From the NCBI GenBank assembly GCA_965217585.1, contig OZ244561.1:5376001-5440000 (forward strand): 64,000 bases of DNA, in the 5' to 3' direction. Each line of letters begins with the position of its first letter. Position 1 is the first letter of the stretch. The notes under the pieces are model-generated. The model was not told the DNA's origin, ran no database searches, and saw nothing but the letters and a program-made list of their open reading frames with translations. This stretch comes from Candidatus Latescibacterota bacterium (GTDB taxonomy: Bacteria; Latescibacterota; UBA2968; UBA8231). This document shows, piece after piece, positions 43,928-54,764 of the stretch. A program made the position numbers and the translations under genes.

Positions 43928-45270
43928 TGCAATTGCTGCAGAGTTTTCAAAACTGCTTCAAAATTCCCGATTTGCGGCGTCGCATCCTCTTCACCTTAGG
44001 GCTTTTGATCGTCTATCGCATCGGTGGTCAGATCACGGTCCCCGGCGTCGAGTTGGTCGTGCTCAAAGAGTACTTTGAAAGCGCCGGCAACACCCTTTTT
44101 GGGCTATACGACATGTTTGTGGGTGGTGCCTTTACCCGCGGGACGATCTTCGCTTTGGGCATCATGCCCTATATCAGCGCCTCGATTATTTTGCAGTTGC
44201 TGGGCGCGGTTATTCCCCACTTCCAGAAACTGCAGCGCGAAGGCGAAGAGGGACGCAAGAAAATCACTCAGTACACGCGCTATGGCACAGTCTTCCTAGC
44301 GGCCGCTCAGTCCTACGGCGTCAGTTTCTTCATTACCAGCATCAAGGCCCCGTACTCGGGTCAGCCGGCCGTTGCCGACCCGGGCATTGGCTTTACGCTG
44401 GCGACTATGCTGACGATCACCACTGGTACGATCTTTATCATGTGGTTGGGTGAGCAGATCACGGAGCGCGGCATTGGCAACGGCATTTCCCTGATCATAT
44501 TCATCGGTATCATCGCCGAGTTGCCCTATGCGATCAATCAGGAGTACAAGTTCTTCATCATCAATCGCGGTTTCAGCAAAAACATCATTGAAGAGATCTT
44601 CCTCGTCGCGCTAATGTTCGCCGTAGTGGCCTTTGTGATCTTGCTGACCCAGGGCTTGCGCAAAATTCCCGTTCAGTACGCCAAGCGCGTCGTCGGGCGG
44701 CGGGTTTACGGCGGCCAGACCACGCACATTCCGCTGCGGATCAACACGGCGGGCGTGATTCCGATCATATTTGCCCAGTCGATCATGTTTCTGCCCGGCA
44801 CGATCACTCAGATGTTCCCAGGCCATGAATTCATGCTGGCGATTGGTTCGTTTTTCTCGACCGAATCCATGTTTTATTGGTTCGTCTATGGGCTAATGAT
44901 CATCTTCTTTTGTTATTTTTATACTGCCATCGTCATGGATCCCAATCAGCTCTCTGACAACATGAAAAAGCACGGGGGATTCATCCCGGGCGTCCGCCCC
45001 GGTCCCCGGACCGCCCAGTACATTGATGGCATTATGACGCGCATTACCCTGCCGGGTTCTATTGCCCTCGCTATGGTGGCGATTTTTCCCTTCTTCGTCA
45101 CGAGGCAGTTCAACGTGGCCCCTTCGTTTGCCCAATTTTTTGGCGGGACAGGGCTTTTGATCGTCGTTGGCGTGGCTTTAGACACCTTGCAGCAGTTGGA
45201 GTCCCAGCTAATGACTCGCCACTACGAGGGATTTATGAAGCGGGGCAAGATCCAGGGACGCCGCAGCTAG
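43927..45270 (+). CDS. secY: Preprotein translocase subunit SecY
   Basis: [42 protein letters not shown] coupling to rplO. Confidence 0.97.
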   Translation: MQLLQSFQNCFKIPDLRRRILFTLGLLIVYRIGGQITVPGVELVVLKEYFESAGNTLFGLYDMFVGGAFTRGTIFALGIMPYISASIILQLLGAVIPHFQKLQREGEEGRKKITQYTRYGTVFLAAAQSYGVSFFITSIKAPYSGQPAVADPGIGFTLATMLTITTGTIFIMWLGEQITERGIGNGISLIIFIGIIAELPYAINQEYKFFIINRGFSKNIIEEIFLVALMFAVVAFVILLTQGLRKIPVQYAKRVVGRRVYGGQTTHIPLRINTAGVIPIIFAQSIMFLPGTITQMFPGHEFMLAIGSFFSTESMFYWFVYGLMIIFFCYFYTAIVMDPNQLSDNMKKHGGFIPGVRPGPRTAQYIDGIMTRITLPGSIALAMVAIFPFFVTRQFNVAPSFAQFFGGTGLLIVVGVALDTLQQLESQLMTRHYEGFMKRGKIQGRRS

Positions 45271-45302
45271 GGCGAACTTCAACCCCATTTGGAGCGAGTA
45301 CC

Positions 45303-45419
45303 GTGAAAGTTAGAGCATCCGTCAGCAAGCGCTGTAACGAGTGTAAGATCGTCCGTCGGCGCGGGGTCGTGCGCGTTATATGCAAGCGCAATCCCCGCCA
45401 CAAGCAGAGACAAGGCTGA
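45303..45419 (+). CDS. rpmJ: 50S ribosomal protein L36 (C+ type)
   Basis: Manual translation from GTG: [38 protein letters not shown]. Confidence 0.95.
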   Translation: MKVRASVSKRCNECKIVRRRGVVRVICKRNPRHKQRQG

Positions 45420-45430
45420 GGAATAACCCT

Positions 45431-45817
45431 ATGGCGCGCATAGCAGGTGTAGATTTACCCCGCGACAAGCGGGTCGCCATCGCATTGACCTATATCTTTG
45501 GCATTGGGCACACGATGGCCAATCGCATCGCTGCCCAGGCGAGGATTGACTCTCAGACTCGGATCAACGAGCTGAGCGAAGACCAAGTCAACAGTTTGCG
45601 CTCGATCATTGAGGTCAGCCACAAGGTCGAAGGTAGTCTGCGCGGCGAAACCACCATGAATGTCAAGCGGCTGATGGATATCGGCTGCTATCGGGGTTTG
45701 CGGCATCGCCGCGGGCTGCCGGCCAACGGCCAGCGCACCAAGACCAACGCCCGCACGCGCAAGGGGCCGCGGCGGGCTATTGCCGGCAAGAAAAAGGCCC
45801 CCGCCCCCGCCCAGTAG
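45431..45817 (+). CDS. rpsM: 30S ribosomal protein S13
   Basis: [34 protein letters not shown]. Confidence 0.97.
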   Translation: MARIAGVDLPRDKRVAIALTYIFGIGHTMANRIAAQARIDSQTRINELSEDQVNSLRSIIEVSHKVEGSLRGETTMNVKRLMDIGCYRGLRHRRGLPANGQRTKTNARTRKGPRRAIAGKKKAPAPAQ

Positions 45818-45845
45818 ATCAACCCAAAACGGAGAGGATTGACCT

Positions 45846-46235
45846 TTGCCGCCCGAAAGACGCAAGAAACACAAGAAAGCAAAACAGGTAGAGGCTGTGG
45901 GCGTGGCTCACATTCTGGCCACGTTCAACAATACGATTATCACGCTTACCGATACTAGTGGCAATGTGATTTCTTGGGCGACCCCAGGGAAAATGAGTAT
46001 CAAGGGCAGTCGCAAATCTACGCCCTTTGCCGGCCAGCTCGCCGCTGAAAAGGCCGCCCAAGAAGCCATGAATATGGGGTTGCGCCGCGTGGAGGTCTGG
46101 GTCAAGGGGCCGGGGGTAGGGCGCGAGTCCGCAATCCGCGCTCTGCAAAACGCCGGGCTCGAGATTTCTGCAATCCGCGACGTGACGCCCATGCCGCACA
46201 ACGGCTGTCGGCCGCCCAAGCGTCGCCGCGTTTAG
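45846..46235 (+). CDS. rpsK: 30S ribosomal protein S11
   Basis: [28 protein letters not shown]. Confidence 0.97.
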   Translation: MPPERRKKHKKAKQVEAVGVAHILATFNNTIITLTDTSGNVISWATPGKMSIKGSRKSTPFAGQLAAEKAAQEAMNMGLRRVEVWVKGPGVGRESAIRALQNAGLEISAIRDVTPMPHNGCRPPKRRRV

Positions 46236-46252
46236 AAGGAGTTAACCACATT

Positions 46253-46882
46253 ATGAGCAGGCATACAGGTCCCAACTGTCGCTTCTGCCGCCGGGAAGGA
46301 GCCAAACTCTTCCTGAAGGGCGAACGCTGCAACCTCGAAAAATGCTCCTTTGAGCGGCGCAGTTATGCCCCGGGTCAACACGGCCAGGGCTTGCGGCGCA
46401 AGCAGCCGTCCGACTACAACGTGCAGCTGCGGGCCAAGCAAAAATTAGCTCGACTCTACGGAATCCGCGAAGGCCAGTTCAGGGGCTACTACAAGGAGGC
46501 GTCGCGAGTGCCGGGCGTCAGTGGCGAAAATCTGTTGCGCCTGTTGGAGCGCCGCCTCGACAACATTGTCTATCGGCTCGGTTTCGCGCCGTCGCGCAAG
46601 GCCGCGCGCCAGTTAGTGCGCCACAACCACATCGTGGTAAACGGCAAACGGGTCAATATCCCTTCGTTCCTGACCCGGATGGGCGATGTGGTGCAGGTCG
46701 CCGAGCGCAGTCGCCAGCTAGAGGCCATTCACGAATCGCTGCGGCGCTCGCGGGAGACCGTGCCTTGGTTGGCCATAGATAAGGTTAACCTGACTGGGAC
46801 CGTAGCAGAGATCCCCGGACGCGAAGACATTCCCACGGTCGCCGAAGAACAACTGGTCATTGAGTTTTATTCTCGCGTCTGA
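46253..46882 (+). CDS. rpsD: 30S ribosomal protein S4
   Basis: CRFCRREG, LERRLDNIVYRLGFA, VIEFYSR. Confidence 0.97.
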   Translation: MSRHTGPNCRFCRREGAKLFLKGERCNLEKCSFERRSYAPGQHGQGLRRKQPSDYNVQLRAKQKLARLYGIREGQFRGYYKEASRVPGVSGENLLRLLERRLDNIVYRLGFAPSRKAARQLVRHNHIVVNGKRVNIPSFLTRMGDVVQVAERSRQLEAIHESLRRSRETVPWLAIDKVNLTGTVAEIPGREDIPTVAEEQLVIEFYSRV

Positions 46883-46925
46883 AGTTTTACTCCGCCCAAT
46901 CCAGCAAGGGGCAAGAGGCTAAAGT

Positions 46926-47942
46926 ATGAAATTAGAAGGTCTCCAGATGCCGAGGCTAGCCGAGGTAGAAAAAGAAAGCCTCAGCGAGACGTATGGCATG
47001 TTTATTGTCCAGCCGCTCGAGCGCGGTTTTGGCGTCTCTATAGGGCACGCGCTGCGCCGCGTATTGCTGTCCTTTATCCAAGGAGCCGCGATCAAGCAAG
47101 TCAATATCGAAGGCGTACATCACGAGTTTTCCACGATTGCCGGGGTGCGCGAGGATGTGCCGGAGATCGTGCGCAACTTCAAGGAAGTGGCGATCCGCTA
47201 TCGCGGCGAGGAGGATCGCGTCTTGCGCGTCGAGCGCACGACAGAAGGAGCCTTGGTGGCCAAGGACCTAGAAGTGGACCCCAGCGTCGAGGTGATGAAT
47301 CCCGATCTGCACATCGTCACCTTGGATAAAGGGGCCTCCCTGAAAATGGAACTGACGGTCGGCTGCAGCCGCGGCTACCAGTTCGCCGAGGAGAACAAAA
47401 TCCCCGATCAGCCCATAGGTGCTATTCCGCTCGATACGAACTATTCGCCGGTTCTCAAGGTCCACTACGAGATCGAGAACGCACGCGTCGGGCGGCGCAC
47501 CGACTACGACAAGCTGATTATGAAAGTCTGGACCGATGGCTCCGTGCATCCCGAAGACGCCATGTCCCAGGCCGCCCGGATCCTGACCGAACATCTGAGC
47601 CTTTTTATTAGTTTTAAAGAAGAGCCTGAAAGCACGGAGGAGAAGGAAGTTGACGAGGAGGCCAAGAAAATCGCCCAACTCTTGCAAACGCCCGTCGAAG
47701 AGATTGAGTTGACGGTGCGCTCGGCCAACTGCCTCAAAGCCGCAGGGATCACCCATCTCAGGGACTTGGTATCGCGCACGGAGGCTGAGATGCTCCAGTA
47801 TCGCAACTTCGGCCGCAAATCGCTCAACGAGTTGGAGAAAATACTCGAGGAGAACAATCTTAGCTGGGGCATGGACCTGAGTCCATACGCCGACATTGAG
47901 ATCGACCAAAAAGCAGACAACCCGCTGGCGGAAGAATTCTAG
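46926..47942 (+). CDS. rpoA: RNA polymerase subunit alpha
   Basis: [24 protein letters not shown]. Confidence 0.97.
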   Translation: MKLEGLQMPRLAEVEKESLSETYGMFIVQPLERGFGVSIGHALRRVLLSFIQGAAIKQVNIEGVHHEFSTIAGVREDVPEIVRNFKEVAIRYRGEEDRVLRVERTTEGALVAKDLEVDPSVEVMNPDLHIVTLDKGASLKMELTVGCSRGYQFAEENKIPDQPIGAIPLDTNYSPVLKVHYEIENARVGRRTDYDKLIMKVWTDGSVHPEDAMSQAARILTEHLSLFISFKEEPESTEEKEVDEEAKKIAQLLQTPVEEIELTVRSANCLKAAGITHLRDLVSRTEAEMLQYRNFGRKSLNELEKILEENNLSWGMDLSPYADIEIDQKADNPLAEEF

Positions 47943-47944
47943 CC

Positions 47945-48367
47945 ATGAGACACGGCAAAAAAATAGCCAAGCTGGGGCGCACGGCCCCGCACCGCAAGGC
48001 CATGTTGTCCAACATGATGACCTCGCTCTTTATCAACGAGCGCGTCACCACCACCCAGACGCGCGCCAAAGAGCTTAAGCGCACGGCCGAGCGGGTGCTG
48101 ACCTGCGCCAAGAAAGGCGACTTACACGCCCGGCGCCAAGTGTTGCGCGTCATAGCCGACAAGCAGGTGGTCGCCAAGCTCTTTGACGAACTGGGTCCTC
48201 GCTACAAAAGTCGCAATGGAGGCTATACTCGCTTGATCAAGTTAGGGCCACGGCGCGGCGACGGGGCATTTATGAGCATCGTCGAGCTCGTGGACCGCCC
48301 TGGGGCGGTCGCAGAAGAGACTCAGGAGTCCGCGGCCGCAGAAGAGGCTCAGCAGGCCGAAGAATAA
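47945..48367 (+). CDS. rplQ: 50S ribosomal protein L17
   Basis: MRHGKK..KLGR, RNGGYTR, RRGDGA. Confidence 0.97.
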   Translation: MRHGKKIAKLGRTAPHRKAMLSNMMTSLFINERVTTTQTRAKELKRTAERVLTCAKKGDLHARRQVLRVIADKQVVAKLFDELGPRYKSRNGGYTRLIKLGPRRGDGAFMSIVELVDRPGAVAEETQESAAAEEAQQAEE

Positions 48368-48390
48368 GGTGGGCGTCCAAGGTAGTAGCG

Positions 48391-48424
48391 ACGGGGCAAG
48401 ATGATGACCATCTTGCCCCGTTTG
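48391..48424 (+). terminator. Hairpin ending the alpha operon
   Basis: ACGGGGCAAGATG / CATCTTGCCCCGT 13-bp stem followed by TT. Confidence 0.65.
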
Positions 48425-48442
48425 CATTGTAGATAGGGGCAC

Positions 48443-49801
48443 GTGAAACGAGGAGATCGCATCGAGGTCGAGGTCGCTGCGCTCACCGCCAAGGGCGACG
48501 GGCTAGCTTATGTCGGGCACCGCGAGGTCGTCGTGCACCAGTCTGTTCCCGGGGACCGGGTCGCCGCCCGGGTCGTAAAGAAGCGCAAAGGGCGCTTCGA
48601 GGCCGAGGTGGAGGAGTATCTCGCAGAGGGCTACAAGCGCGAGGAGCCTCGCTGCGCCCATTTTGGGCGTTGCGGCGGCTGTCGCTGGCAGGAATTGCCC
48701 TACGCGGCTCAGCTCGTCGTCAAGGAGCAGATGGTCGCCAGCGCATTGGCGACTAGTGGGCTATCGCTGCCGCCCGCAGCGCCGATTTTGCCCAGCCCGA
48801 CTCCCTTTTTTTATCGCAACAAGATGGAATTTTCCTTTGGCACGGATCGCGAGGGCTTGCTGCAACTGGGCTTGCACGTACGCGGGCGTTTCAATTGGAT
48901 CTTCGACGTCGAAGAGTGCCACCTACAGTCGCGCATTTCCAACCGCATCGTCGGAGCGGCCCGCCGCATCAGCCAAGTGTTGGGCCTGAGCGCTTACGAC
49001 TTGAAGCGGCACCAAGGACTGTTGCGCTTCTTGGTCGTCCGCGAGGGCAAGCGGACCGGAGAAGTGATGGTCAACCTCGTCGTGTCCTCGTATCCCGACC
49101 TAGGGGTCCAACAACTCGCCGAGCAACTGTTGGATGCCATACCCGAAATTGACGTCTTGCTCGTTACCTTACACACCGGCAAGGCCCAAATCGCAGCCGG
49201 GGAGCGCGAGTTTGTGCTCAAGGGGAGCGGGCGCATCGCCGAAGTGTGCGCTGGTCTCGAATGCGACATTTCTCCCCAGTCCTTTTTTCAAACGAATTCA
49301 CTGCAAGCCGAGCGGCTCTACGAGGTCATAGCCCGCGTGGCCGGGCCGCAAAAGGCGGTGCTGGATTTGTACTGCGGCACGGGCAGCATCAGCCTGCTTT
49401 TGGCGCGCCAGTCCCAGTTCGTGTTGGGCATCGAAGTGGTCGCTGAAGCGGTGGAGGACGCCAGACGCAACGCCGTGCGCAATCGGATAGAACACTGCGA
49501 GTTTATGGTCGGCGCAGCCGAGGGTATACTTGGGGAATTAGCAGTACAAGGCCGGCGATTTGACTTGGCCGTCGTCGATCCACCGCGGCCCGGGATCCAC
49601 AAAAAGGCGCTGGCCGGTCTGTGTGCGTTGGCACCGCCACGCATCATCTACGTCTCCTGTAATGTCCACGCGCTAGCCGGCGATTTGTGCGCCTTGGGCC
49701 AAGCTGGCTACGGCGTCCGCAGTGTGCAGCCCGTAGATATGTTCCCCCAAACGCCGCACTGCGAGGTGGTCGTCGAGTTGTGCAAGCAGGTCGCCCCGTG
49801 A
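48443..49801 (+). CDS. rlmD: 23S rRNA m5U1939 methyltransferase RlmD (TrmA family)
   Basis: TRAM domain, CAHFGRCGGC Fe-S motif, SFFQTN, LDLYCGTG, VDPPRPG, YVSCN, DMFPQTPHCE. Confidence 0.92.
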   Translation: MKRGDRIEVEVAALTAKGDGLAYVGHREVVVHQSVPGDRVAARVVKKRKGRFEAEVEEYLAEGYKREEPRCAHFGRCGGCRWQELPYAAQLVVKEQMVASALATSGLSLPPAAPILPSPTPFFYRNKMEFSFGTDREGLLQLGLHVRGRFNWIFDVEECHLQSRISNRIVGAARRISQVLGLSAYDLKRHQGLLRFLVVREGKRTGEVMVNLVVSSYPDLGVQQLAEQLLDAIPEIDVLLVTLHTGKAQIAAGEREFVLKGSGRIAEVCAGLECDISPQSFFQTNSLQAERLYEVIARVAGPQKAVLDLYCGTGSISLLLARQSQFVLGIEVVAEAVEDARRNAVRNRIEHCEFMVGAAEGILGELAVQGRRFDLAVVDPPRPGIHKKALAGLCALAPPRIIYVSCNVHALAGDLCALGQAGYGVRSVQPVDMFPQTPHCEVVVELCKQVAP

Positions 49802-51168
49802 GTGAGAAGCGCCATACGCAGCCGCGGCTGTTGGTCGTGCTACCCGAATCCCAGCAAGCCCGGGCGCTGATTTTCTATCTAGAACAGCGAGCGTACGAAG
49901 TGCTCTGGGCGCATGAGGGCCAGAGTGCGTACGACATACTCGACGCCGATGCGGTTGACGCGCTGATCTACGCCCTGCGCGAGAAGCGCATCGACGGGTT
50001 GCGGATTCAGCAACTGGCCCACAAGCGCAATCCGGCCATCTGCGCGATTGCCATCGCCGGGCCTGAAGACATTGAGCTAGGGGTTGAAGCGATGCGCCAA
50101 GGGGCCTACGACTTTCAGCTACAGCCGCTGAATTTGGCCAAGGTCGGCGCAGTGTTGGAAAAGGGCCTGCGCTACCAGCAGCTAGTAGGGGAAGTATCGG
50201 ATCTACAGCGCCGCTTGGACGAGCGCTACCGCTTTGACGACATCGCCCGCCGCTCGTCGCCTTGGCAGCGTATTTACCTCCAGATCGAACAGGTGGCTCA
50301 ATCGCGCACCAGCGTTCTGATTGCCGGCGAGACCGGCACGGGTAAGGGCGAGGTGGCAAAGGCCATCCACCAACGGAGCCGACGGCGGGAAAACGCCTTC
50401 GTCGAAATAAACTGCGGTGCCCTGCCAGAGAGCTTGGTCGAAAACGAGCTTTTCGGCCACGAAAAGGGGGCCTATACCGGGGCCGTAGGAGCGCGCAAAG
50501 GGCGCTTTGAACTGGCCGATCAAGGGACCTTGTTCCTCGACGAAGTCGGGGACATTCCCCTGCCGACGCAAGTGAAGCTGCTGAGGGTGATTCAGGACGG
50601 CCGCTTTGAGCGGGTCGGCGGCACCCAGACCCGGCGGGCCGATGTGCGCTTGATCGCAGCGACGCACCGCGATCTCGAAGCTATGGTGCGGGAGGGAACC
50701 TTCCGGGCGGATCTCTTCTACCGGCTCAACGTGATCAAGATCGAAGTGCCGCCGCTGCGCGAATGCTGGGAGGACATACCCATTCTGGCCGATGCGTTCA
50801 TCCAGCAGTTCGCCGCCGAGAACAACAAGCGCATCGAGGGCATTCGGCCGCGGGCTTTAGACGTGTTGCGCGATTACGACTGGCCGGGCAATGTGCGGGA
50901 ATTGAAAAACTGCATCGAGGGCATGGTCGTCATGTGCACTCGCGATGGCGTGCTCGAGGTCGGGGACATCCCGCGCTACATAAACCGCCAAGAGCGCGTC
51001 TTTCCCGGGTTGGGTTTTCGCGTCGGCATGAGCATGGCCGAGATCGAACAGATGGCGATTGCCGAGACCTTGAAGGCCGTTGGCGACGACCGGCGGCGGG
51101 CGGCCGAAATCCTGCAAATCGGCCTTAGTACGCTCTACCGCAAGGTAAAGCAGTACGGCGGGATTTAG
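49798..51168 (+). CDS. NtrC-family sigma54-dependent activator with degenerate receiver domain
   Basis: GETGTGK, ELFGHEKGAYTGA, LFLDEVGD, WPGNVREL, Fis-type HTH. GTG start overlaps the rlmD stop. Confidence 0.88.
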   Translation: MSEKRHTQPRLLVVLPESQQARALIFYLEQRAYEVLWAHEGQSAYDILDADAVDALIYALREKRIDGLRIQQLAHKRNPAICAIAIAGPEDIELGVEAMRQGAYDFQLQPLNLAKVGAVLEKGLRYQQLVGEVSDLQRRLDERYRFDDIARRSSPWQRIYLQIEQVAQSRTSVLIAGETGTGKGEVAKAIHQRSRRRENAFVEINCGALPESLVENELFGHEKGAYTGAVGARKGRFELADQGTLFLDEVGDIPLPTQVKLLRVIQDGRFERVGGTQTRRADVRLIAATHRDLEAMVREGTFRADLFYRLNVIKIEVPPLRECWEDIPILADAFIQQFAAENNKRIEGIRPRALDVLRDYDWPGNVRELKNCIEGMVVMCTRDGVLEVGDIPRYINRQERVFPGLGFRVGMSMAEIEQMAIAETLKAVGDDRRRAAEILQIGLSTLYRKVKQYGGI

Positions 51169-52670
51169 CTGCGTTGATTGTAGTGGTATTTGATGAGCGC
51201 GTTGAGTGCCTCTTGGGGAGCGGCGACTACATCCGCGTCAATGCAGAACTGGCTCAGACCGGCCAGTTTCAGGCCGTGTCCGTAGTCGCTGAACATTTCT
51301 TCGCACAATTCGCCGGGTGCCATGTTCCGCGTACTGGCTAGAGACTCAATTTGTGCGGAGGCTTCCGGCGTAATCTCCAAGGCGATGTCGTGTTCGCGTT
51401 GAAAGTTGTCGAGGAAGCGGCGCAGCGAGGTGTCTTGCAGCAAGCGCTCCAGACCGGCCGCAGGGTCGAGTACGGTATCGGCCTCGACGGCAAAGCGCTC
51501 GATGCCGACGGAAGGGAGCTTTTTTTCGTAGTTGAGCAACACCTTTTCAATGGCGCTGACCAAGCCGCGGGCACCGATGTGCTCGGTGTGTGCGCGCTCG
51601 GCTAAAAGGGCTAGGGCCTCGTCGGCAAATTCGACCTCAATGCCATAGGCGCGGAAGTCGCGCTTTTTGGATAGGATGACGCTGCTTTTGGGGTTGCGGA
51701 GGATTTCGAGGAGATCTTCGGGGCCGAGGCCGTGCAATACGGCGATGATGGGCAAGCGGCCGATGAACTCGGACTCAAACCCATATTCGATCAGGTCCTC
51801 AGCCCGCACGTGAGACAGGAGCTGGTCGGCGTTGAGGTGGGCCGGGTCGGCTTGGGAGTGGAACCCCATGGTGCCTTTGTTGAGCCGGCGGCCGATGATT
51901 TCGTCAAGCCCGGAAAAGGCTCCGCTAACGATAAAGAGGATGTTGCGGGTGTTGACCTTTTGGCGTTCGATCTTGCCCGTCTGCTGCATCTGGATGACGG
52001 ATTCCATTTGCGAGGCAATGTCGTGCGGGGCCTTGAGGTCGACGTCGGTTTCCTCCATCAGCTTGAGCAGGTTGCGCTGGACGCCAGAGCGCGAGACATC
52101 CGGGCCGTGTACTCCCTGCGCGGAGGCGATTTTGTCGATTTCGTCGATGTATATGATGCCGCACTGGGCGCGTTCAATATCGCCGTTGGCCTCGCGGACT
52201 AGGTCGCGCACCAAGTCTTCGACATCGCCGCCGACATAGCCGGTCTCGCTGAATTTGGTGGCATCGCCCTTGACGAAAGGGACGCCGATTTTGCGGGCGA
52301 TGAGGCGGATTAAATAGGTTTTGCCCACGCCGGTAGGGCCGATCATCAGCACGTTGTTCTTGATGTTGCCGACGAGCCCCTCGTCTTCCTCCGGGGGCAG
52401 TTTTAGGCGGTTGAAGTGCGTGCAGATCTTGGTGGCGAGAATGGCCTTGGCTTCTTGCTGCTTGATGACGTATTGATCGAGATAGGACTCTAATTCTTCC
52501 GGTTTGAGGTCGAAGTGGAGGGCCTCGGACTCGGAGGTCTCTGTACCTTCGCCTTGGGTGGAGGAAGCCTCGGGCTGGGCTGGCGCTTGCTCTTGTTCTT
52601 CGATTTGTCTAGCTAGGAGACGGCGCAGTTTTTCTGGGTCAATCTCCACTTTTTCAGCACGCGGTTGCAT
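51165..52670 (-). CDS. ClpX-like AAA+ ATPase lacking the N-terminal zinc-binding domain
   Basis: GPTGVGKT, DATKFSETGYVGGDVE, YIDEIDKI, EFIGRLP, GARGL. Confidence 0.85.
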   Translation of the reverse strand: MQPRAEKVEIDPEKLRRLLARQIEEQEQAPAQPEASSTQGEGTETSESEALHFDLKPEELESYLDQYVIKQQEAKAILATKICTHFNRLKLPPEEDEGLVGNIKNNVLMIGPTGVGKTYLIRLIARKIGVPFVKGDATKFSETGYVGGDVEDLVRDLVREANGDIERAQCGIIYIDEIDKIASAQGVHGPDVSRSGVQRNLLKLMEETDVDLKAPHDIASQMESVIQMQQTGKIERQKVNTRNILFIVSGAFSGLDEIIGRRLNKGTMGFHSQADPAHLNADQLLSHVRAEDLIEYGFESEFIGRLPIIAVLHGLGPEDLLEILRNPKSSVILSKKRDFRAYGIEVEFADEALALLAERAHTEHIGARGLVSAIEKVLLNYEKKLPSVGIERFAVEADTVLDPAAGLERLLQDTSLRRFLDNFQREHDIALEITPEASAQIESLASTRNMAPGELCEEMFSDYGHGLKLAGLSQFCIDADVVAAPQEALNALIKYHYNQRS

Positions 52671-52695
52671 ATATTACCTTAAGGAGAGGTTGGAA

Positions 52696-54675
52696 ATGCA
52701 GTGGCGTAAAAAATATACTCGCCCTCTCAAATACGGACAACCTAGGCCCTGTGCCTTTTCCCGGCCTGCTGCCATACAGTGCATTGCTCGCTACGTATGC
52801 GTGATCCTCGCGGCGGTGCTGGCACCGAACTTCGCAGAAGGGCAGGCGCACACGTGGACGTACTCGGCCGACGCCGAAAAGGCCTTTGGCAACGGGCTTG
52901 AGGCATATCAGCAGGGGCGTTTCGATGAGGCACTCAACCACCTGCGGCAGCTAGCGGAGTTCCCGCTCAATCAGCGGTCCAGCGAAGGCCAGTTCCTCTT
53001 GGGAAAAGCCCTGTACCGCTTAGGGCATTTTGCCGAAGCTATCGACGCGGCCTTGGTCTTGCAGCGCAGGTTTCCCTCGAGCCGCTACCTGCCCAATGCC
53101 CGGCTGTTGATCGGCGACTCGTTTTTCAATAGCAAGGACCACCGCGAGGCCGCGTCCCAGTACGGCCGTTTGTTGGCCACTCAGGCCCCCCTCGGCATCC
53201 AAGCCCAAGCGGCCGAGCGGTTGGCGGCCATGGATTGGAACGGACAGGTAAAAGAGCAAGAGCTGACGCGCCTGCGTCAGTCCGTAGGGGCCGGGCGGCT
53301 GCGCGAGGCCCTGTTCTACGGCCGGGCGCGCTGGTATCAGCGCCTCGGCTGGGAAGGGGAAGCTGCCCAGGCGATGCAGACCTATCGCGATAGCGTTGTC
53401 AATGGCATATTCGCTCCGTTAGCCGCCGTCTGGAGGGGCGGTCAGTCCGCATCTCGCCCGCGCGTTGGCTCGGGACCGCCCCGGCTGGGCTTACTGCTGC
53501 CGGTGACCGGGCCCGGGCCGGACAGCCGAATCGGCGAGGAGCTCCGCCAGGGGGTGCAATTAGCCAATCTGGAAGCCGGCAGTCCCTTCGAACTTGTAAT
53601 CGCCGACACTGGGGTTGACTACGGTAATTTGCCCATCGGCACCGACCGCGGCAGCGACCTTAGCGAAAGCCCGGCCACCGGTTTGTTGCGCGTGGCATAC
53701 GGTGCCCAGCAGCTACTGGACCAAGGGGTCGTGGCCATCGTCGGTCCTCTCCATAGCAGCTCTAGCGTAGTGGCGGCCACAGTCGCCGGGCGCGCTGGTG
53801 TTCCCCTGTTGGTGCCGCTGGCTCAACAGAGCGGCTTGGATTCGCTCGGCCACAGCATCTTCCAGTTGAGCACGGTCTCGAAAACGCAGGCGCGTCTATT
53901 GGGCGAGTACGCGACCCTCGTCCTCGGCTTGGAACACTTAGCGATTATTTCTCCCCTCAGCGACTACGGCTGGGATTTCGCGCGCGAATTCACCCGCATT
54001 GCCGAGCGCAACGGCGGCCAGATCGCGCACAGAGATTGGTATGTCCCCAATAAGACAAAGGATTTTCGCCGCGTCTTCGAGGAGATCCGCGCGGCCGGTT
54101 TTGCGCTGAGGCCGCCACCGCCAGATACGCTTGAAGTGGTCGAGGAAGAGCTAGAAGCGGATATGTTTATCGACACCATCGACGGGGTGGTGGTCGTCGT
54201 CGAGAGCTTTGCGGACGCCAAGACGATCGCGCCGCAGGTGCATTTTCACCGTTTGCAGACCCAAGTCCTCGGCAATGATGCTTGGTGGGATCCCGAAGCC
54301 ATTCGGCAGATGCGTCCGGGCGAGCGCAAGAATTTCGACGGAGTCATTTTCGTTTCCGCGCGGCAGGTCGAGTCCGCTGCCGCGCGGTCGTTTGTCAGCA
54401 CCTTTCGCAAACAATTCCGCCGCGACCCGCACTACGCGGCGGCTGGCTATGACGGCGCCCGCTTGCTCATCGAAGGGTGGAAGCAGGGGCACCGCGATCC
54501 GGCCGCGCTGGTCGAGTGGTTGACCACGGTCCGTTTCTACGAAGGGGCCTCGGGCGTCATCTCTCTGTCGCCGGACGTGCGCTCCAACAGCGCGCTGACC
54601 TTGCTCAAAATCGAGCGCGACAAAGTGCGTTCCCTCGGCACGGGCGATCTCCCGAAAATGGGCACCGCCGAGTAG
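52696..54675 (+). CDS. Exported TPR plus type-I periplasmic-binding-domain protein (LppC/LpoA-like); start uncertain
   Basis: Signal-like VCVILAAVLAPNFAEG, TPR helices, LGLLLPVTG, AIVGPL, AAGYDG. Confidence 0.65.
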   Translation: MQWRKKYTRPLKYGQPRPCAFSRPAAIQCIARYVCVILAAVLAPNFAEGQAHTWTYSADAEKAFGNGLEAYQQGRFDEALNHLRQLAEFPLNQRSSEGQFLLGKALYRLGHFAEAIDAALVLQRRFPSSRYLPNARLLIGDSFFNSKDHREAASQYGRLLATQAPLGIQAQAAERLAAMDWNGQVKEQELTRLRQSVGAGRLREALFYGRARWYQRLGWEGEAAQAMQTYRDSVVNGIFAPLAAVWRGGQSASRPRVGSGPPRLGLLLPVTGPGPDSRIGEELRQGVQLANLEAGSPFELVIADTGVDYGNLPIGTDRGSDLSESPATGLLRVAYGAQQLLDQGVVAIVGPLHSSSSVVAATVAGRAGVPLLVPLAQQSGLDSLGHSIFQLSTVSKTQARLLGEYATLVLGLEHLAIISPLSDYGWDFAREFTRIAERNGGQIAHRDWYVPNKTKDFRRVFEEIRAAGFALRPPPPDTLEVVEEELEADMFIDTIDGVVVVVESFADAKTIAPQVHFHRLQTQVLGNDAWWDPEAIRQMRPGERKNFDGVIFVSARQVESAAARSFVSTFRKQFRRDPHYAAAGYDGARLLIEGWKQGHRDPAALVEWLTTVRFYEGASGVISLSPDVRSNSALTLLKIERDKVRSLGTGDLPKMGTAE

Positions 54676-54696
54676 CTCTCGACGCGCCGCCAAGTA

Positions 54697-54725
54697 TTGC
54701 GTCCCTAGTTGACCGAATTTATATT
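54697..54725 (+). promoter_or_regulatory. Putative sigma70 promoter
   Basis: TTGCGT-17 nt-TATATT. Confidence 0.5.
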
Positions 54726-54764
54726 AGTAAGTTTGTATTTTTAGTTATAGCAAGAGTCAAAGTC

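Noticed and set aside
45270-45303. Absence of adk, map and infA between secY and rpmJ
   Set aside because: Direct secY-rpmJ adjacency is common (for example in E. coli), so it is not unusual.
52504-52695. N-terminal part of ORF 52504-54675
   Set aside because: It overlaps the divergent ClpX-like gene. The true start is at or after 52696.
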